NCBI GenBank assembly: GCA_046314355.1
Contig: JBKBWQ010000001.1
Span: 960,001-1,024,000, forward strand
Reading direction: 5' to 3'
Length of the DNA: 64,000 bases
Source: Candidatus Altimarinota bacterium
GTDB lineage: Bacteria; Patescibacteriota; Gracilibacteria; 1-14-2-50-48-13
Shown here one piece after another: positions 9,299 to 18,517 of the stretch. The translations under genes and the position numbers were made by a program. Every line of letters starts with the position of its first letter. Position 1 is the stretch's first letter. The notes under the pieces were generated by a model. It saw nothing but the letters and a program-made list of their open reading frames with translations. It was not told the DNA's origin and ran no database searches.

Positions 9299-10168
9299 TT
9301 ATGTGGAAAATTTAATCTCACCTTTGATCATTCCCTGATCTTTCCAGGCTTTTATCCAGTCTAAAATATCTTTATCTATCTCAGGATGAATATAGATATT
9401 ACCTCCAATTTCAACTTTTTTAGGTAAAGAAGCAAATGTACACCCCATAAGAGCTGCATCTCCCTTTACTAAAAGACCTTCAGGTAAAGTAGTAATAGGA
9501 TTTTTTGTCTTCAAATATAGTCCTCCACCAATTTTCAACTCGGAAGGAAGTGTAGTAAGCTTTGGACAATTTTCTATTTCAAGATCATGAGTTAGCGATA
9601 GTTTTGTCGGTAATTTTTCTAGAGATAGACAATCACGTACCTCAAGATCTCCTTCTATCTTTCCATTCATAAAGCCTTCAGGGATTTCTTTAAGTAATGG
9701 ACATGAATCAAAGAGTACCGAACAACTAGAATATTCAAGAAGTGGTATCTCTTCTAATAAAAGAGCACGTGAGATTTTCAAAAAATTATCTACCTTAAGA
9801 TCTGTAGATATCTTTTCCAGCATAGGGACATTTGTCATCTCAATTCCTCCTCGTGCATTTACTCTCATTCCTATCTCCACAAAGTTGTCACAACTTTCAA
9901 TATAAATATGATTCCCCTCAACTGTTATATACTCAAGTATTTTATAATTATGACATCTAATAATCTCTAAAGCAGGCATGGCACCATACCAGAACTGAAG
10001 CTCAAGATCTTTTGGAAGATGTGTAAAAGTACTATCATCTATAAAATTCAAATCTTGTCCATCCAGCACAAGATGACCATCTTTTATAGTGGTACATTCA
10101 CGCATTCTATCGTCGTTTTCAAAATCAATGAGCTTAAGAAAATCATCAAGCTGTTTTTTCTCATTCAT
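9299..10168 (-). CDS. leucine-rich-repeat-like protein
   Basis: Repeats LKEIPEG…GDLEV, LEKLPTKL…HDLEI, LTTLPSELKIGGGLYL, ITTLPEGLLVKGD. Confidence 0.8.
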   Translation of the reverse strand: MNEKKQLDDFLKLIDFENDDRMRECTTIKDGHLVLDGQDLNFIDDSTFTHLPKDLELQFWYGAMPALEIIRCHNYKILEYITVEGNHIYIESCDNFVEIGMRVNARGGIEMTNVPMLEKISTDLKVDNFLKISRALLLEEIPLLEYSSCSVLFDSCPLLKEIPEGFMNGKIEGDLEVRDCLSLEKLPTKLSLTHDLEIENCPKLTTLPSELKIGGGLYLKTKNPITTLPEGLLVKGDAALMGCTFASLPKKVEIGGNIYIHPEIDKDILDWIKAWKDQGMIKGEIKFST

Positions 10169-10177
10169 AATAATATT

Positions 10178-10300
10178 TTATAATATCCAGCCCTCTGCTT
10201 TTACCTTAAGGCGCATCATAATTTTAAAAGGATCTCTTCCTCCTTGAAAGCGGTTATCGAGACCTTCATTAATTTTATATAACAAAGTCAGATTATCCAT
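10178..10300 (-). pseudogene. 40-aa ORF, probable internally deleted MazG-like gene
   Basis: MDNLTLLYKINEGLDNRFQGGRDPFKIMMRLKVKAEGWIL*, translated by hand; below the ORF-track cutoff. Confidence 0.4.
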
Positions 10301-10389
10301 TTATAAAGTTATGATTTTATACTGCGATAATATCATCTATCCTTTTTTATTAACAGATCATATCCTGATATTCTGACATACTATCTAAT

Positions 10390-11157
10390 CTATCTTATCA
10401 ATGATTCACCCTTTTCACGTGTAACAAAATACATCTGCTCAATAGTAGCAATATGGCCTGGAATACTTATACCATTCGCACAATTTTTTATCCAATTATT
10501 AAGCGTGCTCAGCGCATTTCCAAAATCAACAATATTGATTTCATGATTGTCAGTAACAATTAAATTTGCGAGCTTAAAATCATGGATTACTTCTAGACCG
10601 TAAAGAAAGCATCTTATCCCTTCCTTTGCCCCCATAAGATCAAGACAAATAGGCATATGAGTTTCTTTCAGTAGCAAATAGAACACTTTTCTCAGATCTT
10701 TTATCTGAGAAAAAAGCGCTCTATTATAACAATCAGACATCATCATGGTCTGACCTATGACCTGCTCTGATACAATCGCGTATGCACCTTCCACAGTTTC
10801 AGAAGGGATAATCTCGGTCTGAGGAAAGTGAAACTGCAGTTCAGGATATTGTTCTTTTATACTTCGAAAAGCAGCTAACTGCATCTGCATATCCGCATAA
10901 GTATCTCCTATAATTCGAGGTTTATTGAATTTCAGCACAAGTTCTCTCTCAGGCAATATAATAACAGTATGCATACTTCCCCCAGATATAACTGTACCTT
11001 TTTTTATTTCATTTAAAGTAAATTCGTGATTACCTAAGGAAACTTTTCCATCTTTATCTAGTGGAAATGCCCTCAAAATAGTCGTCAAAATACCACCCGG
11101 CACTACCTCAGTTTCAGTATTGTCCCTTCTCTCTAAGCTCTTTAAATTACTTGCCAT
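10390..11157 (-). CDS. protein kinase-like fold protein
   Basis: GGSMHTV…LVLKF (Gly loop and Lys), DLMG…NLIV, IVDFG. Confidence 0.55.
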   Translation of the reverse strand: MASNLKSLERRDNTETEVVPGGILTTILRAFPLDKDGKVSLGNHEFTLNEIKKGTVISGGSMHTVIILPERELVLKFNKPRIIGDTYADMQMQLAAFRSIKEQYPELQFHFPQTEIIPSETVEGAYAIVSEQVIGQTMMMSDCYNRALFSQIKDLRKVFYLLLKETHMPICLDLMGAKEGIRCFLYGLEVIHDFKLANLIVTDNHEINIVDFGNALSTLNNWIKNCANGISIPGHIATIEQMYFVTREKGESLIR

Positions 11158-11277
11158 AAACTATTCTCCATATAAATTTTGTACATAACTATCCTACTAT
11201 TTACCTAAAAATCAAGTCCATTGACAATATTCAGCGATCTTGTACCCTAAATCTACCTATAATTTACCACTTCCTTT

Positions 11278-12048
11278 ATGTCTTTCAAAACAAGAGCAGC
11301 TGGAATAGCAGTACTCATTATTGTACTAATGATATTTTTATCCTCCACATTTACAGTGATCAATCCAGGTGAACGTGGATTAAAGATCAGACTTGGAAAT
11401 ATCAATTCTAATATCCTGACTGAGGGACTACACTGGCATTTACCTTTCATTGAACGTATTGTAAAAATTAATACTCGTACTCAAAAAGCGGAATATAAAA
11501 GTGCATCTGCATCAAAGGACCTTCAAACTGTTACAACTGCAGTTGCCCTCAATTACCATCCTGACCAGATGAAGGTAAATACGCTTTATCAAAATATCGG
11601 TATATATTACGAAGAGACAATCATCCAGCCTGCAATTCAGGAAAGCATTAAGTCTGTAACAGCACAGTTTACAGCAGAGGAACTCATCACAAAACGTTCT
11701 GATGTAAAAAATAAACTCCTCCTCCAGCTCGCAGATAATCTCAAAAGATCATGGATTACTGTGGAAGATGTAAATATAGTAGACTTCGATTTCTCACCAG
11801 AGTTTAATACTGCCATCGAAGAAAAGCAGGTAGCAGAACAAAGAACTATCAAAGCTACAAACGACCTTGCCCGAATCAAAGTAGAAGCACAGCAGAAGAT
11901 CGAACAGGCAAAAGCAGAAGCAGAATCCCTCAGACTTCAGAAACAAGAACTCACACCTGAGCTAGTACAACTCCGTGCAATCGAAAAGTGGAACGGTGTC
12001 ATGCCGCAGGTAACCGGTGGAAATACTCCACTCATCAATATAAAGTAA
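11278..12048 (+). CDS. prohibitin/SPFH (band 7) protein
   Basis: N-terminal TM, GERG…EGLHW, SKDLQ, FNTAIEEKQVAEQ, IEKWNG. Confidence 0.93.
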   Translation: MSFKTRAAGIAVLIIVLMIFLSSTFTVINPGERGLKIRLGNINSNILTEGLHWHLPFIERIVKINTRTQKAEYKSASASKDLQTVTTAVALNYHPDQMKVNTLYQNIGIYYEETIIQPAIQESIKSVTAQFTAEELITKRSDVKNKLLLQLADNLKRSWITVEDVNIVDFDFSPEFNTAIEEKQVAEQRTIKATNDLARIKVEAQQKIEQAKAEAESLRLQKQELTPELVQLRAIEKWNGVMPQVTGGNTPLINIK

Positions 12049-12057
12049 TATTTGCAT

Positions 12058-12113
12058 CGTCATCCCGTTTGATAAATCTTTCTTTAGCTACAGAAGATTA
12101 CTCAACGGGATCT
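12058..12113 (+). repeat. CGTC-tagged palindromic repeat, copy 2
   Basis: CGTCATCCCGTT…TCTTTAG…AACGGGATCT; stem ATCCCGTT/AACGGGAT. Confidence 0.7.
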
Positions 12114-12150
12114 AAGAAAAAGCTCTAGTCAAAGACTAGAGCTTTTTCTT
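12114..12150. terminator. bidirectional intrinsic terminator
   Basis: Perfect 17-bp stem AAGAAAAAGCTCTAGTC-AAA-GACTAGAGCTTTTTCTT between convergent genes. Confidence 0.85.
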
Positions 12151-12151
12151 A

Positions 12152-12463
12152 CTATTCATTTTCAGATCCAGCGCCTCCCTTTTTTAATCGTTTTTCGTAC
12201 TTCTGCATAGCCTTTTCAAGAGCTACTTCTAAATCTACATCAAAAGTATTTGCAACCGTAATAAGTGAATAAAATAAATCCCCAAGTTCAGAGGCAAACT
12301 CCTCTCTGTAAGTATGCTCATGTTTTCCATAATCACTCATTTTAATGACTTCCTTTGAAACCTCTCCAAACTCAGAAATCAAATCTAACATTTTAATTTC
12401 AATAGGAGCATCAAGATGATTTTCAAGACAAAATTTTTTCACTTTAAGCTGTAGATTTTTCAT
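12152..12463 (-). CDS. MazG-like NTP pyrophosphohydrolase
   Basis: LISEFGEVSKEV…ELGDLFYSL…DLEVAL. Confidence 0.88.
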   Translation of the reverse strand: MKNLQLKVKKFCLENHLDAPIEIKMLDLISEFGEVSKEVIKMSDYGKHEHTYREEFASELGDLFYSLITVANTFDVDLEVALEKAMQKYEKRLKKGGAGSENE

Positions 12464-12495
12464 ATTAAGAGAATTAATTATAAAGATTTGAAATA

Positions 12496-12840
12496 TTAAT
12501 ATCCTCTCGCATCATTCTTACCTATTTTTTTTATAATAAACTCATCTAGAGAATCAGCAGGAAATTTTCGAAGAAGCAAAAGTGTGCAGATCAAAACATC
12601 AATACCTTCCAGATACACATCTTCAAGCTCTGCAGCATCTACCTTCTTTTGATTAAAACTTAACTTCAGCTGCTTTCTCACCTCACCACCCAATTCCCCT
12701 ACCTCTTCAATAAGCGAAGCCAAATCAGACAGAACTAATTCAGTATCAGTTACATCTTTCTTAATAAGCTTATCTCTTTCTCTATCATGAATATCTTTTG
12801 TATACTGCAGCAATGTTTGAAAAGCCTCAGATGAAATCAT
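12496..12840 (-). CDS. MazG-like NTP pyrophosphohydrolase
   Basis: LIEEVGELGGEV…EGIDVLI (EExxE…ExxD). Confidence 0.8.
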   Translation of the reverse strand: MISSEAFQTLLQYTKDIHDRERDKLIKKDVTDTELVLSDLASLIEEVGELGGEVRKQLKLSFNQKKVDAAELEDVYLEGIDVLICTLLLLRKFPADSLDEFIIKKIGKNDARGY

Positions 12841-12900
12841 AAATGAAGATAATAATGTATTAGATATACTCTAATAGTTCAGCGTTTTATTTCAAAGTAT

Positions 12901-13236
12901 TTATAAGATTTTCTGACCACTTACAACATGAATATGCAGGTGCTTAGAGTCCTGATAATCCCCGGAATTTGAAATAATTCTAAAAGTCTCTAACTTGCAT
13001 TCTTTCACTACGCCTTGTACACCTTTCAGCAATTCAATCCAAAGTCCTTTTCCATCTACAGAATCACTCTCAATACTCACAATATTCAATATATGTTTCC
13101 TAGGAATTACAACAACATGGAATTCATAACTCGGTTTCGTATGATGAAAAGCCAAAACATCTTCAGATTCATAGATTTTTTTGACCACAATTTTTTCATT
13201 CAAAACAAAGTCACAGTAAAAATCATTAGTTTCCAT
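12901..13236 (-). CDS. HIT family nucleotide hydrolase
   Basis: HVVVIPRKH and histidine triad HLHIHVV. Confidence 0.92.
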   Translation of the reverse strand: METNDFYCDFVLNEKIVVKKIYESEDVLAFHHTKPSYEFHVVVIPRKHILNIVSIESDSVDGKGLWIELLKGVQGVVKECKLETFRIISNSGDYQDSKHLHIHVVSGQKIL

Positions 13237-13327
13237 AACCTTTCATTAATACTTAAATATATATCGAAATTATTATGCCTAATTCCTCTAAGACGCAAGT
13301 GATAGTAGATCCTACACTTACGTGTTT

Positions 13328-13385
13328 AGATCCTGCAGTTCCGATTTGAGAGACTAAAGATAAAGAATCACTCTGCAGGATGACG
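13328..13385 (-). repeat. CGTC-tagged palindromic repeat, copy 3
   Basis: Reverse complement reads CGTCATCCTGCAGAGTGA…TCTTTAG…AACTGCAGGATCT; first 18 nt identical to copy 1. Confidence 0.75.
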
Positions 13386-13660
13386 CGTCTGTGTCTCCCC
13401 CCGCACACCACTCCCCCCACCATGAGCCCTGACATGTACCGCAGGTACATCGCCCAAAGAGCCCTGCAGCCCCCGAGCCATGAGCTCGAGCCACGTATAG
13501 ACCGCACCGTCCCTGGGGGTTTGGGGGAGGAGAAGCGTCTGATTACTTTTAGAAAGCAACCCCTCTGCCAGACGCTTTTCTCCTCCCCCAAAACTTTTGT
13601 TTCTTTTGGTTACAAAAGAAAAGCCCCCACCGGCAGGTGAAAGGACCATCGACTTTTGCT
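13386..13660. other. GC-rich, highly structured intergenic element (ncRNA or MITE-like)
   Basis: Much higher GC than flanks; 22-bp stem 13520-13541/13569-13592 plus several smaller hairpins. Confidence 0.6.
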
Positions 13661-13681
13661 CCCCTTTTCCTAAAAGCCACC

Positions 13682-15406
13682 CTACATTTTCTCCGGCGCC
13701 TCAATATCCAGCAACTCCAACCCCTTCTTCATCACATCTTTAGTACGAGCCACCAGCTGAAGTCTAAACTTCATACTCACATCACTCTCAGCATTCAGAA
13801 CAGAGAGCTCATTATAAAACCCATTAAAATCGCCGCAGAGCTCATAGAGATACTGCGCAAGGAAGTTTGGACGATAATCCACCGTCGTACTCTCTATGAC
13901 CTCATTAAACTGCAGGAGCTTGATCAAAAGAGTACGTTCTGCTTCCTGAAGTTCTTGTATATCAAAAACCTCGCTCGTCTCTACTTCTACTCCTTTATCA
14001 TCTTTTGCTTTTCTAAGCATGGAAGCAGCTCTCGCATATACATATTGCAGGTATGGAGCGCTATTTCCTTCAAAAGATAACACCTTATCCCAGTCAAAGA
14101 GCTGAGAAGTATTTCTATTCTGAGAGAGATTCGCATAAAAGACAGCTCCGTATCCAAGACTTTTCGCAAGCTTCTTCTTTGCTGTCTCATCATCTGCAAA
14201 TACACCTCGTTCATTCAAGATCGCAAGTGCCCTTTCTTCTGCTTCATCTAAAACCTCTTCCGCATAGATCACTCTTCCTTTTCTCGTGGACATCTTTCCT
14301 TCCTTCATCGTGAAAAGACCATAATTCATATGATAGAACTCTACTCCGTCTCCCCATCCCAAAAGTCCCGCAATAGCAAAGAGCTGTCTAAAATGCAAAG
14401 ACTGTTCATCCCCTACGACATATACTATCTTTTTCGGATTATATTCTTTTAAACGAAAATCAATAGTTGCTACATCTCTTGTATGATAGAGCGTAGACCC
14501 GTCTTTTTTCTGCATTAGACATGAAGGAAGATTAATTCCCTTCTCCTCAAAGTTCATAGCGATAGAACCATCCTCATTTTTTGTGAGGATCCCTTTGGAT
14601 AGCATCTCATCCATCACTTTTGGAACAATAGGCATATAAAATGCTTCACCGTGTTCCGTATCAAACTTCACATGAAGTTTTTCAAAGATCTTATGATTCT
14701 CCACCATGTTCACCTCCACTATCCATTCCCAAAGCTTTACAAGCTCAGGATCTCCTTGTTCAAGAGCAGTAAATGTATCGCGCGCTAGGTCCTCTAATGT
14801 TGGATCCTTATCAGCCTCATCATGGAATTTAATATAGAGTTCCACCAGCTTCTTATTCGGCTCTTTTTTCACCTCTTCCATATCCCCCCATTTCTTGAGA
14901 GCAACTAGAAGCTTTCCAAACTGTGTTCCCCAGTCTCCGATATGATTATCAGATATGACATTGTATCCATACCATCTAAGAAGCCTATTCATGGCCTCCC
15001 CATAAATAGTATTCAAAAGATGACCGATATTCATAGGCTTTCCTACGTTCAGAGAGCAGTATTCAAGAATCACAGTTTCATTATTTCCTTTCTTCATAGG
15101 TGAAAAATAACTCTCATTGAGAGCTTCCTTTTTCAAATACTCCGCGTCAAATTTTACATTTATAAATCCTGGAGCTGCCACTTCCACTGAGGCATAGTGA
15201 GAAGCATCTATATTGTTTTTAATGCTCTCAGCAATTTCCATAGGAGACTTTCCTAAAAGCTTTGCAAGCTGCATAGCAATACTGCAGGCATAATCTCCAT
15301 GAGACTTCTGTTTTGCAGGAGTAATATGTATTTGTGATAGTTCAATGCTTGGGGCTACTTTCTTTGCAGCCTCATAGACATCCTGTATGACAAGATCCTT
15401 TAACAT
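13682..15406 (-). CDS. argS: arginine--tRNA ligase
   Basis: GPGFIN-like APGFIN, HIGH variant NIGH, HIGDWGTQFG, KMSTRKG, GNSAPYLQY, DALR domain. Confidence 0.97.
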   Translation of the reverse strand: MLKDLVIQDVYEAAKKVAPSIELSQIHITPAKQKSHGDYACSIAMQLAKLLGKSPMEIAESIKNNIDASHYASVEVAAPGFINVKFDAEYLKKEALNESYFSPMKKGNNETVILEYCSLNVGKPMNIGHLLNTIYGEAMNRLLRWYGYNVISDNHIGDWGTQFGKLLVALKKWGDMEEVKKEPNKKLVELYIKFHDEADKDPTLEDLARDTFTALEQGDPELVKLWEWIVEVNMVENHKIFEKLHVKFDTEHGEAFYMPIVPKVMDEMLSKGILTKNEDGSIAMNFEEKGINLPSCLMQKKDGSTLYHTRDVATIDFRLKEYNPKKIVYVVGDEQSLHFRQLFAIAGLLGWGDGVEFYHMNYGLFTMKEGKMSTRKGRVIYAEEVLDEAEERALAILNERGVFADDETAKKKLAKSLGYGAVFYANLSQNRNTSQLFDWDKVLSFEGNSAPYLQYVYARAASMLRKAKDDKGVEVETSEVFDIQELQEAERTLLIKLLQFNEVIESTTVDYRPNFLAQYLYELCGDFNGFYNELSVLNAESDVSMKFRLQLVARTKDVMKKGLELLDIEAPEKM

Positions 15407-15411
15407 AAATT

Positions 15412-18400
15412 TTACAGTAGTTTATAGACTAAGATAGCATCAGATGAGATTCCAGTACCTACGATAAGATCAAGATCCTTATTCTTTACAGCCAGATCTC
15501 TAAAGTTTTTAAAAAGTTCCACTTTCTTTGTAAGTGTTTTCTGCGGAGTTTTATCAATAGTTTCTGTTTTATTATCATAGACAATATAGCCTATGCCAGA
15601 GTCTTTCAGAGTTTTGATAAATGCTTTCTCGTCCATCTCTGGGAGATAGTACTGCATGAAGACATCCAACTGATTGTCCGTGAGCATACGCCGGTCATTC
15701 TGAGGTGTATAATAAGGCATAAACGTTCCTATACGGTAGATTTTTACTGAAGGATCAACTTTCCGTATTTCACTAATAGCATTTGCGTATGGGACATTCA
15801 TCTGAGCCATAGCATCTTCCTCGTTATTGAGAATACCCGCCTTATAAAGGATAAAAGTAAGAGAGTCCGGCATCCCGTATTGTTTTCCCACTATTTCTGC
15901 TACCCCAGCCTGAGCAGCATTTTCAAAATCAGCCTTTGATATAGCTCTATCCATATAAAGACTACATGCTTTTGCCACAGCAGTCTGATCCTCTTCTCTT
16001 GTAATGAGAGACTGGATTGTGTTAGCAAGAATTTGTGCATTTGCAGGGTTATTTTTTGCTGTCTCACACTTTTCAACTATGGCTTTCCAGCTGCTTCCAA
16101 GCACTGGCACTTGTACATCATTTACAGTCATCTTATACGCATACATTGGTGTGATCCAGAACAACAGAATAAGCAGCACAATTGGTGCAAACCATTCTCT
16201 CTCAGCTGCATAGAGTTTTTCCAATCCTCTTTTAGCCAAAAGCAGTAAAGGAAGAAAACCAAGAATACCATACCAGATAACTCCATTGGCAAGATATGTC
16301 CATGTAAACCAGTATAGTAGAGTTGCAGCTACAAGTGCTTTTACATGCACAGGGTCCTCCTCATTGCTAGATAATCTCCATAGACCATACACTCCCGCAT
16401 ACATCAATCCTGTAATGACAAATATGATACCCTGACTATAGTCACCGAAAGCAGCAGGCAACGCCAATTTTGTACCTGAGACCGAGAACGCAAACAGCAT
16501 CAAAGCAAGTACTATTCCAATACCGAAATATATCTTTTCTAAACGGTTCTTTTTTCTGAGATCATTCAATACACCTGCCATAAATGCAAATGGAAGCAAC
16601 GCTAAGAATACCCATCCAATCGTAATATAGTCTCCTCTTTCATTCGTTCCCATAGTAGCATCAACTGGAAGAGTAGCATAAGAAAACACTCCCTTATCAA
16701 ACCCTCTATATCTTTGAAGTTCCTCTACCTGACTTCCTCCAGACTCTTCAAGTATCTTTTTAAGCTCTACAGCATCAGGATTGATAGGATTTTCAGTAGC
16801 TACAGAAACCTCCTTTGGAACAAGAGTAGGAGCTTTTAGTTTACCATAAAGCATACTGTTTAGCCCCTGAAACTTACACTGCTCTTTTACATCGCAATAG
16901 GAAGATGCATTGTATGCCATCCATGGAGCAAACATAAGGAAACTTATGATACCCATGAGCAGAAGCGCTTTTAGACTTTTCAAAATATCCTTTGATTTAC
17001 TAAATGCAAAGAATAGTACTCCAATACCAGATATGATTAATATCACTGCCGTCGGAGTTACCCATTCCTTTGGATAGACAATACCTCCAAGGCTAATAAT
17101 ATTTGCAGCAAAAAGAAATGCCGTAAAGAAGAGTGATATTGCTAATGCAAGTAAAGCTTTTCCATATTTCCATCCTATAAATACTGCAGCAAAAAAGAAG
17201 AAAATAAGTGCTGTAAATTTAATACCTAGCATACATCCAAGCAATACGCCGAGAAGTACAAGAATTCCTTTCTCTCTCTTTGACGTCTCCGCTTGAAAGT
17301 ATTCCATCATCAATATCAAAGATCCGCTTCCAAAGGCAGTCAGAGCAAGATCCACTTTCATGTCTTCAGAGAACTGAAACTGGAAGAATGGCGCGGCAGC
17401 AAAAACAGTAGTGAGAATAAGGGCTAAAGGCACCTGTGTTCCTTCAGATTCCTTGTATGAAAAAAGAAGATATATTCCCCAAATAGCAAGTAGTCCTCCT
17501 GCAAATGAATACAGCATTCCAAATGTTGCACTCCCAAATAATGAGAATCCAAGTGCCATGATAAGTCCCCAGCTATATGTTCCAAAACCGCTGACTAAAT
17601 GATGATACTGTGCAGTAAGATTTGGGAGATTCATATAAAGGGTAATATCATCCCACCCTATCGGCATTGGACGCAGCACATGCATAAATGATAAAGCGGC
17701 GAGCACCGCAATCAGTACCCCGCATGTCCAAAAGCTCACAGCTCCCAAAAGTGAATATACTTTTACTGTTTTAGTCGTCAGACTGTTCCATATACTTTTC
17801 CCTTCAAATATTATTCCTAGTAAAGCAGCAACTGCTATTAGTAGTTGTAAGACAGTTGTATGAAAGAGACCTGCCCATCCTATGAAAATCAACACTGTAC
17901 AAAGTACTGCGAAACCTCCAAGTATCTGAAGAAAGAATCTTTCAGCATTTCTAAATGATCCAAGTAATTTCCTGAAAACCAATCCAGCGCCTAATGCACT
18001 TAAGAAGAGTATTATAATGGAAAAAACTCCCATAATATATTTCTCCATGAATTTCACAAATACACTTCCCGCAGCAAACAAAGATACATCACTTACGCCA
18101 AGCTGCTGTCCTAACTGCGCAGGGATATCTTTTGCTGCTAATCCCAACTGCTCAAATATTCCACTGAAATATCCGAGCACATGGCTATACTCTAAGAAGA
18201 ATAGAATAGGTACCGCTACTAAAAAGATTGATAAAAAGGTAATTGGACGTACTCCAACAGTAATCTCTTTAACTCTTCTAAAAAATATGGTATACACAAT
18301 AAGACCAATAAGTCCTACTATCAAAAGGCATACCCAGAGCGGAGACATGCTTAAAAATTTTGAGCCCATATCCGAGAAGCGTACCCAAAAAGTACACATG

Positions 18401-18450
18401 CACAAAAATGCCCAGAAAAAGCACACAGTCGAAAATACAGATTTATTCAT
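15412..18450 (-). CDS. large multi-pass membrane protein, probable GT-C fold glycosyltransferase
   Basis: >20 TM helices; WDDITLYMNLP, KVDLAL, GIKFTAL, APWMAYN motifs; divergent from a GT2 gene. Confidence 0.65.
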   Translation of the reverse strand: MNKSVFSTVCFFWAFLCMCTFWVRFSDMGSKFLSMSPLWVCLLIVGLIGLIVYTIFFRRVKEITVGVRPITFLSIFLVAVPILFFLEYSHVLGYFSGIFEQLGLAAKDIPAQLGQQLGVSDVSLFAAGSVFVKFMEKYIMGVFSIIILFLSALGAGLVFRKLLGSFRNAERFFLQILGGFAVLCTVLIFIGWAGLFHTTVLQLLIAVAALLGIIFEGKSIWNSLTTKTVKVYSLLGAVSFWTCGVLIAVLAALSFMHVLRPMPIGWDDITLYMNLPNLTAQYHHLVSGFGTYSWGLIMALGFSLFGSATFGMLYSFAGGLLAIWGIYLLFSYKESEGTQVPLALILTTVFAAAPFFQFQFSEDMKVDLALTAFGSGSLILMMEYFQAETSKREKGILVLLGVLLGCMLGIKFTALIFFFFAAVFIGWKYGKALLALAISLFFTAFLFAANIISLGGIVYPKEWVTPTAVILIISGIGVLFFAFSKSKDILKSLKALLLMGIISFLMFAPWMAYNASSYCDVKEQCKFQGLNSMLYGKLKAPTLVPKEVSVATENPINPDAVELKKILEESGGSQVEELQRYRGFDKGVFSYATLPVDATMGTNERGDYITIGWVFLALLPFAFMAGVLNDLRKKNRLEKIYFGIGIVLALMLFAFSVSGTKLALPAAFGDYSQGIIFVITGLMYAGVYGLWRLSSNEEDPVHVKALVAATLLYWFTWTYLANGVIWYGILGFLPLLLLAKRGLEKLYAAEREWFAPIVLLILLFWITPMYAYKMTVNDVQVPVLGSSWKAIVEKCETAKNNPANAQILANTIQSLITREEDQTAVAKACSLYMDRAISKADFENAAQAGVAEIVGKQYGMPDSLTFILYKAGILNNEEDAMAQMNVPYANAISEIRKVDPSVKIYRIGTFMPYYTPQNDRRMLTDNQLDVFMQYYLPEMDEKAFIKTLKDSGIGYIVYDNKTETIDKTPQKTLTKKVELFKNFRDLAVKNKDLDLIVGTGISSDAILVYKLL

Positions 18451-18517
18451 AGAAAATGGAAAATAACGTACATGTAGTATAGAAAATATTTTTCACCTAG
18501 TAAACGAGAAATCAATT

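Noticed and set aside
13475-13530. GAGCC…-containing stretch resembling group II intron domain V
   Set aside because: Does not fold into the D5 hairpin; no RT gene or interrupted ORF
13253-13649. Three overlapping ORFs (112, 93 and 86 aa) in the GC-rich island
   Set aside because: Mutually overlapping, atypical composition, and explained by stop-poor GC-rich structured DNA
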